Origin: an uncultured Candidatus Saccharibacteria bacterium
GTDB lineage: Bacteria > Patescibacteriota > Minisyncoccia > Minisyncoccales > UBA10102
Direction of reading: 5' to 3'
NCBI GenBank assembly: GCA_964479725.1
Contig: CAYZNF010000007.1
Coordinates: 1 to 62,539 of the forward strand
DNA: 62,539 nt
Each line of letters starts with the position of its first letter. The stretch's first letter is position 1. Of the stretch, positions 10,320-19,052 are shown piece after piece. The translations under genes were made by a program, and so were the position numbers. The notes below the pieces were generated by a model that made no database searches, was not told where the DNA came from, and saw only the letters and a program-made list of their open reading frames with translations.

Positions 10320-10952
10320 ATGACAAAAATTAACACAAAAACCATTGGGACGTTGCTCATTGTTCTTTTGTTCGTTGGAGGGGGCGTTTTGGCGTGGAAA
10401 ATTTTTGATGATCGGGAGGAACAGTCGTTGCAAAATCAAGAAAGCCAATCTTCTCGTGATGAACTTTTAGGGCAAGGGCTAAATATGGCACAATTGAAAA
10501 TAGGTAAGTATAAGGTGGATTCTATACAAAAAGATGGCAAGGCATGGGAAGAATTAAAATTTGAAGGTGTTGAAGAGGTTTCCTCCGCAAATTTGTACGA
10601 AGATTTCTCTAAACTGTATCCTCGATCTACAGACAAAAACAGTGAGATGTATATTAGAAATTTGCTGGTTCGAGGCGATACCATAGAAGTATCTTTTGGC
10701 GGAGATGAGACTAAGCTTACAGAGCGCATGGGTACTACTGGCGCTCTCCTTTATGCGGGCGAGCTTGTCTTTACTTTAACAGAGGATCCAAAAATAAACT
10801 TGGTGGATTTTAAATTGCAAAAAGAGGGCAGTCATTTTGGTCCCGGAACTCGTACTCGGGAAAACTTTATGGACCTATGGCCGACTGGGTTACTTGAAAA
10901 ACATGCCGATCAAGGCAATCAAGAAGCCAAAAGAATTTTAAATTATAGATAG
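10320..10952 (+). CDS. Membrane-anchored protein, GerMN-like C-terminal domain
   Basis: N-terminal TM; IEVSFGG...GTTGALLYAGELVFTLTEDPKINLVDF resembles GerMN. Confidence 0.55.
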   Translation: MTKINTKTIGTLLIVLLFVGGGVLAWKIFDDREEQSLQNQESQSSRDELLGQGLNMAQLKIGKYKVDSIQKDGKAWEELKFEGVEEVSSANLYEDFSKLYPRSTDKNSEMYIRNLLVRGDTIEVSFGGDETKLTERMGTTGALLYAGELVFTLTEDPKINLVDFKLQKEGSHFGPGTRTRENFMDLWPTGLLEKHADQGNQEAKRILNYR

Positions 10953-10958
10953 CTGTGA

Positions 10959-11018
10959 AAAGCCGTACTTTGCACAATTCTGTGCAAAGTACGGCTTTAC
11001 ACACACGGCTTTACACAC
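10959..11018. repeat. 18-bp perfect inverted repeat plus 14-bp tandem duplication
   Basis: AAAGCCGTACTTTGCACA-attc-TGTGCAAAGTACGGCTTT (10959-10998); ACGGCTTTACACAC x2 (10991-11018). Confidence 0.85.
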
Positions 11019-11047
11019 GCGGCACTAGGCGTATTGAGTAACAACGG

Positions 11048-11479
11048 GTGGTGTGGTATAAGGAAAGTGTGCAGGAAAAAAGTATTGAAAATTTAAAAGA
11101 AAATATAGCAAAGGTTCTTGAAGAGGAAGAAGAGGTTTTGTTCGCGTATATTTTTGGTTCTTTTGTGCGGGGAGATGCTATAGGAAGCAGTGATATTGAT
11201 ATTGCGGTCTTTCTATCACCCGAATCCCATGCAACTTTTTTTGAAAAACGTTTGGAACTTATGGAGAAGTTGACTCGGGGGTTAAGAAGAGATGCAGACG
11301 TAATTATATTGAATACCTCCTCTCCGTTTTTGCGGTATGCAGTTCTTAAAGAAGGTATTTTGACGGTAAATCAAGATTCGAAGGCGCGTCTTGAATTTGA
11401 GTTGAGAACTATGAATGAATATTTTGATTACAAGCCCATCTTGAAACTGTATAGAGAGCGGTTGGGCGTTGACGCATGA
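11048..11479 (+). CDS. mntA: MntA-type minimal nucleotidyltransferase (type VII TA antitoxin)
   Basis: YIFGSFVRGD...SDIDIAV; 4-nt overlap with the HEPN gene. Confidence 0.9.
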   Translation: MVWYKESVQEKSIENLKENIAKVLEEEEEVLFAYIFGSFVRGDAIGSSDIDIAVFLSPESHATFFEKRLELMEKLTRGLRRDADVIILNTSSPFLRYAVLKEGILTVNQDSKARLEFELRTMNEYFDYKPILKLYRERLGVDA

Positions 11480-11907
11480 CATCGCTTGCAAAAGAAAAAA
11501 TCTTCGAAAAACTTGAGAATTTCGGGGAATATCTAAAATATCTTCGTCAACTTGAAAAAGAAGCTGGCGAAGAAGCTGCATTTATTGCTGATTTTCGCTT
11601 GTTTGGAAGTGTGGAGCGTTATCTTCAGCTTTCGATACAATCCGTTATAGATATCGCCCATCTGCTTATTATTGATCTTAATCTTAAAAGGCCAGAGGAT
11701 AATTATGAAGCGATTTCGCTTCTCCATGACCAAAACATTGTTTCTGGCGATCTTGCGCAAATTCTTACTCGAATGATAGGATTGCGAAATATTTTAGTGC
11801 ATGAATACGGAAAAATCGATAGGGCAAAGATATATGAGGTCTTGAAGAATCAACTTTATGATTTAGAGCGTTTTCAGAAGGAAATTCTTGGGTATCTTGA
11901 AAAATAA
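11476..11907 (+). CDS. hepT: HepT/DUF86 HEPN ribonuclease toxin
   Basis: GLRNILVHEY (R-X4-H-X-Y) motif; VERYLQLSIQ. Confidence 0.9.
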   Translation: MTSLAKEKIFEKLENFGEYLKYLRQLEKEAGEEAAFIADFRLFGSVERYLQLSIQSVIDIAHLLIIDLNLKRPEDNYEAISLLHDQNIVSGDLAQILTRMIGLRNILVHEYGKIDRAKIYEVLKNQLYDLERFQKEILGYLEK

Positions 11908-11930
11908 ATTTGTCTCTCGAAGCGAATTTC

Positions 11931-12914
11931 ATGGAACAAGCAATACGGAATTTTGCCAAACAATTTGAATGGGAGCCGAAGATAGAGAACGAAGACAAGC
12001 TCCAGCGGAGTGGCAAATATCTTGTCTGTGGCATGGGAGGGTCGCATTTGGCGGGGGATATATTTCAAACCGTCGCCAACGGCTTCGATTTGTCTGTACA
12101 TCAGGATTATGATTTACCCTCCTGGCCAGACGAAACGCTAAAGAAAACTCTTATTATTGCCAGTTCGTATTCCGGCAACACCGAAGAAACAATCAGCGCT
12201 TTTGAGGAGGCGGTAAATAGAGGATATCCTGCGGCGGCAATCGCTGTTGGCGGTAAACTGATTGAACTGGCGAAAAAACATGGCGTTCCTTATATCCAAA
12301 TGCCCGATACCGGAATCCAGCCTCGCTCGGCGCTTGGTTTTTCATTTAAGGCTTTGGCAAAACTGATAGGAAGGGAAGATTTACTGCGGGAAGCAGGAGA
12401 GCTGGCTTTTGTGCTTCGTCCCGACGACTTTGAAAATCCCGGAAAGCAACTGGCGGAAATGCTGATAAAAAAGATTCCGGTTATTTATGCCTCAAATAAA
12501 AATTATTCGATTGCCTATAATTGGAAAATAAAGTTCAATGAAACGGGCAAAATTCCAGCGTTTTATAACGTTCTTCCCGAGCTTAACCACAACGAAATGA
12601 CGGGCTTTTCCGCCAGAGGCGGATCCGCCTCTGGCGGAGACGTAAAGGAGCTTTCACATAATTTTTCTTTTATAATCCTGCGAGATATCAGCGACCCGCC
12701 CAAAATACAAAAAAGAATGGAAATTCTGGAAAAATTGTATGATAATAGGGGGCTACAGGTTATTGTAGTTCCTTTGAACGGGTCTTCTGTACTGCAAAAG
12801 ATTTTTTCATCACTTTTGCTTGCCGATTGGGCGGCTTATTATACTGCCAAAAATTACGGCCTGGAGGCAGAACAAGTTCCTATGGTAGAGGAATTTAAAC
12901 GCCTTATGTTATAA
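11931..12914 (+). CDS. Bifunctional phosphoglucose/phosphomannose isomerase (SIS domains); alternative TTG start 11910
   Basis: CGMGGSHLAGD, SSYSGNTEET, QPRSALG, WKIKFNETGK, PELNHNE. Confidence 0.92.
   Translation: MEQAIRNFAKQFEWEPKIENEDKLQRSGKYLVCGMGGSHLAGDIFQTVANGFDLSVHQDYDLPSWPDETLKKTLIIASSYSGNTEETISAFEEAVNRGYPAAAIAVGGKLIELAKKHGVPYIQMPDTGIQPRSALGFSFKALAKLIGREDLLREAGELAFVLRPDDFENPGKQLAEMLIKKIPVIYASNKNYSIAYNWKIKFNETGKIPAFYNVLPELNHNEMTGFSARGGSASGGDVKELSHNFSFIILRDISDPPKIQKRMEILEKLYDNRGLQVIVVPLNGSSVLQKIFSSLLLADWAAYYTAKNYGLEAEQVPMVEEFKRLML
12609..12638. repeat. Perfect 30-bp palindrome inserted in frame in pgi/pmi
   Basis: TCCGCCAGAGGCGGATCCGCCTCTGGCGGA equals its own reverse complement; encodes SARGGSASGG. 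Confidence 0.92.
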
Positions 12915-12963
12915 GGCCCTTCTGTGGATTTGCATGGCGCGCTTGAAGAGCTATAATAACTAA

Positions 12964-13251
12964 ATGAGGAAAACAGCGATTCTTTTTATTGGTATTTTTG
13001 CCTTCTTGGTATCGGCAGGAGTTTTGAGTTACGTTTTGTTTTTTGGCCAAAGGGAAAAACAGCAATCTGCTCCTAAGGTTGCTCCGATAGAGCGGGGACA
13101 GTCTTCTGGCATGGGTGGCAATCTCTACGAAAAATCAAATAATCCGGCGGCACAGCTTCCCGACACTAATCCTTTTGAAGCAGAAACAAATCCTTTCCGG
13201 GAAACAAAAACCAATCCCTTTGAGGAGGGGTATAAAAATCCTTTTGAATAA
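12964..13251 (+). CDS. Small single-TM protein with four C-terminal NPF repeats
   Basis: TM, then PDTNPF-EAETNPF-RETKTNPF-EEGYKNPFE. Confidence 0.8.
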   Translation: MRKTAILFIGIFAFLVSAGVLSYVLFFGQREKQQSAPKVAPIERGQSSGMGGNLYEKSNNPAAQLPDTNPFEAETNPFRETKTNPFEEGYKNPFE

Positions 13252-14822
13252 TGGTTATATTCTCTCTTTTTTTGCGAAAAAGCGTTTTTCTCTTTTTGGG
13301 AGCAGGAATACTCGTGTTTGGTGGTTTGACTGCTTTTGCTGTAAGTAAAGATGACATTCAGTATCCGATAGCAGAGTTGGGACAATGCGAAAGCGAAGAA
13401 GCCTGCAAAACATACTGCGAAGAACCCGCGAACAGGAAAAGCTGTTTAGCATATGCCGCACAACACAACCTTCTTTCAAAGGAAGAGATTGAGCTTGCGG
13501 AAAAATTTGTGGAAATAAAAAACGGGCCTGGGGGATGCGTCACGGAAGAATCCTGCAAAGCATATTGCAATGAAATCTCCAATATTTCTGAATGTCTTGC
13601 TTTTGCCGAAAAACACAACCTTATGGGTGAAGATGAGCTGAAAGAAGCTAAGAAGGTGGCTAAAGCGCTCCAAGAGGGTGTTCAAATGCCGGGAGGATGT
13701 ACCACCAAGGAGCAGTGCGAAGCATATTGTGAAGACCCAAACAATCTTCCCCGGTGTATCGATTTCGCGGAAAAAGCCGGATTTTTGGAAGGAGATGAGC
13801 TGAAGGAGGCAAAACAAATCGTGAAAGCGCTGGAGGCAGGGGTAACGCTTCCTGGGGGATGCCGCCAGAAGGAAGAGTGTGAAGCTTATTGTGAGGATGA
13901 GGCAAATACAGAGGAGTGCTTTAATTTCGCAGTCGCCGCAGGTTTCATTGCGCCAGAAGAGGTTGAGGACGCGAAAAAAGTTTTGCCCCTAATGAAGGCC
14001 GGAAAAATGCCAGGAGGCTGTAAGAGCAAAGAAAGCTGTGAGGCATATTGCACAAAAGATGAAAACGTTGAAGAATGCGTGACGTTTTTCACAGAAGCCG
14101 GTTTTATGACAGCAGAGGATGCTAAGGTGTTTAGGAAAACAGGCGGCAAGGGCCCTGGCGATTGCAAGAGCAAGGAAGAATGCGAGAATTTTTGCAATAA
14201 TCCAGACAATCAACAGGTATGTTTTGATTTCGCCAAGGAGCATGGCTTGATTTCGGAGGAAGAATTAAAGAAAATGGAAGAGGGAATGGAAGGATTAAAG
14301 AAAGGCCTTGAGGAATCTCCCGCAGAAATAAAAGAATGCCTCGAAGCAAAAATTGGAACCGAAATCTTAGAAAAAATAGTGGCCGGCACTCTTATGCCTG
14401 GCCAAGAAATTGGAGATCAGGTAAGAAGCTGTTTCGATGAATTTCCCAATCAGCAGAGGCAAGATGGCGATGGACGGGGAGGATTTGAGCCTGCCAATGA
14501 TCGGGCACGAGAAATAAGGGGTCCTGGGGGTTGCTCGAGCCCCGAAGAATGCCAGACTTATTGTTCAGATCCCAGTCATAACGAAGAGTGTGGCACTTTT
14601 AAGCGTCCGGACGGGGCTGGAGATGAAAACCGTTCTTCTGGTGCGCAAGACGAGAATTTTCAGCGGATCCAAGAAGAAGAAATGAGAAAACGCATGGAAG
14701 AAGAAACGCAGCGGCGTATTGAGGAAGAAACAAGAAGACGCATGGAAATGGAAGCGGAAAGGATTAGGTTGTCTATACCGTCACCACAAGAAGGAGGAGA
14801 ACTGCACCAAGGCCAAGAGTAA
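13251..14822 (+). CDS. Secreted Cys-rich repeat protein (7 x C-x5-C-x3-C-x8-C)
   Basis: Signal peptide; repeats such as PGGCKSKESCEAYCTKDENVEEC; charged low-complexity C-terminus. Confidence 0.85.
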   Translation: MVIFSLFLRKSVFLFLGAGILVFGGLTAFAVSKDDIQYPIAELGQCESEEACKTYCEEPANRKSCLAYAAQHNLLSKEEIELAEKFVEIKNGPGGCVTEESCKAYCNEISNISECLAFAEKHNLMGEDELKEAKKVAKALQEGVQMPGGCTTKEQCEAYCEDPNNLPRCIDFAEKAGFLEGDELKEAKQIVKALEAGVTLPGGCRQKEECEAYCEDEANTEECFNFAVAAGFIAPEEVEDAKKVLPLMKAGKMPGGCKSKESCEAYCTKDENVEECVTFFTEAGFMTAEDAKVFRKTGGKGPGDCKSKEECENFCNNPDNQQVCFDFAKEHGLISEEELKKMEEGMEGLKKGLEESPAEIKECLEAKIGTEILEKIVAGTLMPGQEIGDQVRSCFDEFPNQQRQDGDGRGGFEPANDRAREIRGPGGCSSPEECQTYCSDPSHNEECGTFKRPDGAGDENRSSGAQDENFQRIQEEEMRKRMEEETQRRIEEETRRRMEMEAERIRLSIPSPQEGGELHQGQE

Positions 14823-14839
14823 TTTGTAGAAGTATTTTT

Positions 14840-15469
14840 ATGGCAAACGAACTCACTGTTTTTGTAAAAGAAGCTTTAGAAAAAGGCTCAAGCAGGAATG
14901 AGATACAACAGGCCCTTTTGCAAGCGGGCTGGCAGGAAGACCAGGTGGAAAACGCCTTGAAATCATTTTCCGACGTAACTTTTCCCGTGCCAGTGCCTCG
15001 GCCAAGACCTTACTTGCAAGCCAAAGAGGCATTTTTATATTTAATTTCTTTTATTACCCTGTATATTACCGCGTTCAGTTTTGGAGCTTTGGTTTTCAGC
15101 TTTATTGACAGGATTTTTCCCGACGCACTCTCTTATTCATATAGAGGAGGCCTAGCAGGGATACGTTTTGCGCTTGCATCAATTGTTATTGCTTTTCCAG
15201 TGTATCTTTTTGTGCAATGGAGGCTAGCCGCGGCCGCGGCAAAGGATCCTGAACGCCGCGAATCTAAAGTTAGAAAATGGCTTTCTTACCTTACCCTTGT
15301 TATTGCCGCAGGAATTATCATTGGGGATCTCATTGCCCTTGTTGCCGGTCTTCTGGGAGGAGAGCCCACTGTGCGTTTTTTCCTGAAGATCCTCACTGTA
15401 CTCGCAATTACCGGAAGTATTTTCGGGTATTATCTTTGGGATTTGCAGAAGGAAGAAAAAGAACGATGA
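14840..15469 (+). CDS. DUF5671-like membrane protein
   Basis: N-terminal helical cap (EIQQALLQAGW), AKEAFLYLISFITLY, ESKVRKWLSYLTL. Confidence 0.75.
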   Translation: MANELTVFVKEALEKGSSRNEIQQALLQAGWQEDQVENALKSFSDVTFPVPVPRPRPYLQAKEAFLYLISFITLYITAFSFGALVFSFIDRIFPDALSYSYRGGLAGIRFALASIVIAFPVYLFVQWRLAAAAAKDPERRESKVRKWLSYLTLVIAAGIIIGDLIALVAGLLGGEPTVRFFLKILTVLAITGSIFGYYLWDLQKEEKER

Positions 15470-15948
15470 AATATCCTTTGGCGGTAAAAATATTCCTGGG
15501 AATTATTATTGCCGTAATCGTTGGCGCTGTTATAGCGGGTTTTTTTCTGATTGGTTCTCCGTCCAAACAAAGAGCTATCGAACTCGACCAGAGGAGGGTG
15601 TCTGATTTACAAAGCATTTCCTACGCGGTGGATTCTTACTACTCAACCAATACCAGCTTTCCAAATACTTTTGCTCAACTGCAAGGGCAGGAATATTATA
15701 TTTCTTCCGTTGTTGACCCGAGTACAAAAGAACAGTACGGCTATCGAACGATTGATGAAAAAACGTACGAGCTTTGCGCGGTTTTTGAGACTAGCTCCGA
15801 TGATATTTCAGACCGTCGGTACGGCACTGCTCCAAAACCTTTCCAAGAAACCTGGGAGCACGGTACGGGTAGAGTTTGTTTCCCAAGGAGAATAGTTGAA
15901 GAGGGGAATCCCTCGCGAATGCCCATGCGTTCCGTGCCGGTAAACTAA
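15466..15948 (+). CDS. Membrane-anchored pilin-like protein coupled to the DUF5671 gene
   Basis: ATGA overlap; TM then GSPSKQR...DQRRVSDLQSI; YELCAVF...CF Cys pair. Confidence 0.7.
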   Translation: MKYPLAVKIFLGIIIAVIVGAVIAGFFLIGSPSKQRAIELDQRRVSDLQSISYAVDSYYSTNTSFPNTFAQLQGQEYYISSVVDPSTKEQYGYRTIDEKTYELCAVFETSSDDISDRRYGTAPKPFQETWEHGTGRVCFPRRIVEEGNPSRMPMRSVPVN

Positions 15949-16080
15949 GTTTGCATCGAAAACAAGGGGAGCGGGAGGAGCAATAATCCTCTCGTTCTTT
16001 TATTTATTCACACATCGGGTGCATTGTTTTTAATTTCTGGTACAATATAGGAATAGGTCTAATAAAATAAGGAAAATAGT

Positions 16081-16710
16081 ATGAAAATATCAAAATATCT
16101 ACATTCGTGCCTCTTGGTAGGGGAGAATGGAAAAACAGCGCTAGTGGATCCTGGTATTTATACCCAGGAGCAAAAAGCTTTAAAGGTAAAAAGCCTGAAA
16201 GATCTTGATTATGTTTTGTATACCCACAGTCATTATGATCATTTCCATCCTCCAATGCTCCAGGAGATTTTAAAGAAATTCCCTGAAGTCCAAGTTATTA
16301 CCACCCAGGATATTGCCGGGCAAATCCAAAAAGCGGGCATTCAGGCGGATGTGCAGATTGTGGGCAATGGTGAAATTGAGCTGATGGCGGCTGCCCATGA
16401 GCCGATTTTCGGTATGGAAGTCGAAAACACGGGATTTCATATCTTTGGCAAACTGACGCACCCTGGCGATTCCCTGCATTTTAATGCCACAAAAGCTGTG
16501 CTTGCTTTGCCAATTACTGCACCATGGGGAACCATGGTAGCCGCTCTTGAAAAAGCTTCGCAATTAAAGCCAAAAGTTGTTATTCCCATACACGACTGGC
16601 ATTGGAGGGAAGATGCCCAGCAGGCTTTTTATGGAATGGCAACCCAGTATTTTGAAAAACAGGGAATCCAATTCAAGGGATTGAAGCTGGGGGAAGTCTT
16701 TGAAATTTAG
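16081..16710 (+). CDS. MBL-fold metallohydrolase
   Basis: THSHYDH, HPGDSL, IPIHD. Confidence 0.88.
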   Translation: MKISKYLHSCLLVGENGKTALVDPGIYTQEQKALKVKSLKDLDYVLYTHSHYDHFHPPMLQEILKKFPEVQVITTQDIAGQIQKAGIQADVQIVGNGEIELMAAAHEPIFGMEVENTGFHIFGKLTHPGDSLHFNATKAVLALPITAPWGTMVAALEKASQLKPKVVIPIHDWHWREDAQQAFYGMATQYFEKQGIQFKGLKLGEVFEI

Positions 16711-16726
16711 GAATAGGGCATTGTAT

Positions 16727-17356
16727 ATGCCAGAAAACCTTGCTGACAGAAAGAAACGAGTTCGGAAAATTATTGCGTTTTTAATCAAGATTTTTCCAAA
16801 TGCCAGGATAGCCTTGGATTATTCAAGCAACTGGGAGTTGCTTGTCGCAGTTATCTTGTCTGCCCAGTGTACCGATAAGAAGGTAAATGAGATTACAGCG
16901 CAATTGTTCAGGAAATACAAAGCTATCGAGAATTATATCGCCGCGAATCCTCGGGAATTTGAGCAAGATATTCGTTCTGCGGGGTTTTACCGCAATAAAA
17001 CAAAAAATATTTTATCGGCGGCAAATATCATTAAAGAAAAATATGGAGGAAAGGTTCCAAATACCATGAAAGAAATTTTGGAAATTCCAGGAGTGGCGCG
17101 GAAAACAGCAAACGTAGTTCTTGGGAATGCCTACGGAGTGGTCGAGGGAATCGCAGTGGACACGCACGTAATGCGTCTGGCGCGAAAATTCGGCCTGACA
17201 GATAACAAAAATCCAGATAAAATAGAACAAGACTTAATGGCTGTTGTGCCGAAGGAAGATTGGTTTAAATTTACATATCTTTTAATAGAATACGGACGGC
17301 AAATTTGCCCGGCCAGAAAGCATGATTGCGCAAATCATCCGCTTTCAAAACTATAA
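16727..17356 (+). CDS. nth: Endonuclease III
   Basis: LLVAVILSAQCTDKKVN, HhH IPGVARKTANVV, IAVDTHV; Fe-S loop degenerate (C-x6-C-x2-H). Confidence 0.93.
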   Translation: MPENLADRKKRVRKIIAFLIKIFPNARIALDYSSNWELLVAVILSAQCTDKKVNEITAQLFRKYKAIENYIAANPREFEQDIRSAGFYRNKTKNILSAANIIKEKYGGKVPNTMKEILEIPGVARKTANVVLGNAYGVVEGIAVDTHVMRLARKFGLTDNKNPDKIEQDLMAVVPKEDWFKFTYLLIEYGRQICPARKHDCANHPLSKL

Positions 17357-18207
17357 TGAAGTTTAATTTTTACCAAAAGGGATTTACTTTAGTTGAATTG
17401 TTAGTCGTTATCGCCATCATTGGCGTTTTAGCCAGCATTGTCAGTGTTTCTCTTCAAAACCCTCAAAAGCAGGCAAGCCTAGCAGTCGCGAAACGGTTTT
17501 ATTCCCAAATTGATCATGCTCTGGGCTTTTACGCGGCAGGAAAATGGAGTTTGGATGATGGATCTGGCGCAACAATAAAAGACAATTCTGGATATGGGAA
17601 TACCGGAACATTAAGCCACTCTACGATGTGGAGGACAGAGTCTCAATGTAATTTGGGTTTTGGTGGATGTTTGGATTTTAATGGAACCGACAATCGAGTA
17701 ACATTCAGCAAAAACTTCAATATAAACGGGGCGATGACAATTTCCTTTTGGTTTAATACTCCTGATAACATTACCCAGAATCAATATTTAATGGATACTC
17801 GAGATGCGGCAGGGAATAATGGCCCCTGGTGGTTGATTAAAAACTATAATGTGGCAAGTGGAAAATGTATTTATCAATCTCAAAATCCGGGAAAAATTTG
17901 TTTTGAAAATCGTTTAGTAGTGCAAGGTACAGATTGGAAAATAAATGAGTGGAATCATCTTGTTGTGGTAGACCAATTAAGCGGATCGAAAATATACATG
18001 AACGGCAAGCTTGTTGACACCGGGACTGGTGAGTCAGCAACGGTCCCGTCAACTTTAAAAATTGGAACACGATATAATTTCGGTCAATGGTACAACGGAA
18101 TGTTAGATGAAGTGCGGATATACAGTGAAGCGTTAACGACTGCCCAAATACAGAATCTGTACGCCGAAGGTCTCAAAACCCATCAGCAGATTGCCTTACA
18201 GCCATGA
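17356..18207 (+). CDS. Prepilin-type N-methylation domain plus LamG-like jellyroll
   Basis: KGFTLVELLVVIAIIGVLAS; TISFWF, WNHLVVV, IYMNGKL, GMLDEVRIYSEALT. Confidence 0.9.
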   Translation: MKFNFYQKGFTLVELLVVIAIIGVLASIVSVSLQNPQKQASLAVAKRFYSQIDHALGFYAAGKWSLDDGSGATIKDNSGYGNTGTLSHSTMWRTESQCNLGFGGCLDFNGTDNRVTFSKNFNINGAMTISFWFNTPDNITQNQYLMDTRDAAGNNGPWWLIKNYNVASGKCIYQSQNPGKICFENRLVVQGTDWKINEWNHLVVVDQLSGSKIYMNGKLVDTGTGESATVPSTLKIGTRYNFGQWYNGMLDEVRIYSEALTTAQIQNLYAEGLKTHQQIALQP

Positions 18208-19013
18208 AGCTTAATCGAGGATTTACTTTAATTGAATTGCTGGTCGTCATTGCCATAATCGGTATTTTGGCCAGCATTGTTATCGTTTCCTTGAGCAGCC
18301 CCCAAAAAGAAGCAAAAGAAGCCGTTGCCAAACGATTTTATTCCCAAATTGACCATGCGCTGGGATTTGAAGCAGTAGGGAAATGGAGTCTTGAGTCTAT
18401 TACTGCGGGAAAGACTCCGGATGACTCTGGAAATAAAAATGATGGAGCTGTAACTGGCGCCGTCTTGGAAAGTGAAGCAAACTGTGTATTTGGCAAATGT
18501 CTGAAGTTTGATCCTACCGATGGAGCGGATTTCATTGCTCTATCGGCCAGTCAGCTTCCCACGGAACAAATTACCGTAGCTACGTGGGTAAAAGTAACTT
18601 CCCACGCAAATTATAGAAGGTTTGTCGTAAACAGGTGGGAAAATAATGCTGGAGATTGGCTTTTGTTTTCCGACAATATCAATTGGATATGGGGCATCAG
18701 GGGTGTTGGTGGTGGCCAGGTAAACAAAGTTGCTCCGCATAAAAATTCTTTAGAATGGACTTTTCTTGTCGGGACGTATGATAATGCGGCAAACACCCAG
18801 AAATTTTATGTTAACGGAATTGAAATAGGAAATCCTATGGATCCAGGGGTTGTTTTGACAAAAGCAAGCCTTACTATCAGCGATTCCGCAAGCTCTCCTA
18901 TGACCGGATGGATTGACGAAGTGAGGATATATAGCAAGGCATTGACTCTTGCTCAAATCGAACAGCTATATGCTCTTGGGCTGGAAAAATACTCTTTGGC
19001 GGCTAAAAAGTAA
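18204..19013 (+). CDS. Second prepilin-LamG paralogue
   Basis: RGFTLIELLVVIAIIGILAS; TVATWVK, WTFLVGTYD, FYVNG, GWIDEVRIYSKALT. Confidence 0.9.
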   Translation: MKLNRGFTLIELLVVIAIIGILASIVIVSLSSPQKEAKEAVAKRFYSQIDHALGFEAVGKWSLESITAGKTPDDSGNKNDGAVTGAVLESEANCVFGKCLKFDPTDGADFIALSASQLPTEQITVATWVKVTSHANYRRFVVNRWENNAGDWLLFSDNINWIWGIRGVGGGQVNKVAPHKNSLEWTFLVGTYDNAANTQKFYVNGIEIGNPMDPGVVLTKASLTISDSASSPMTGWIDEVRIYSKALTLAQIEQLYALGLEKYSLAAKK

Positions 19014-19052
19014 AGTAGTTCTTTTTTGGTTTATGTTTTAGACTAAAGGTAT

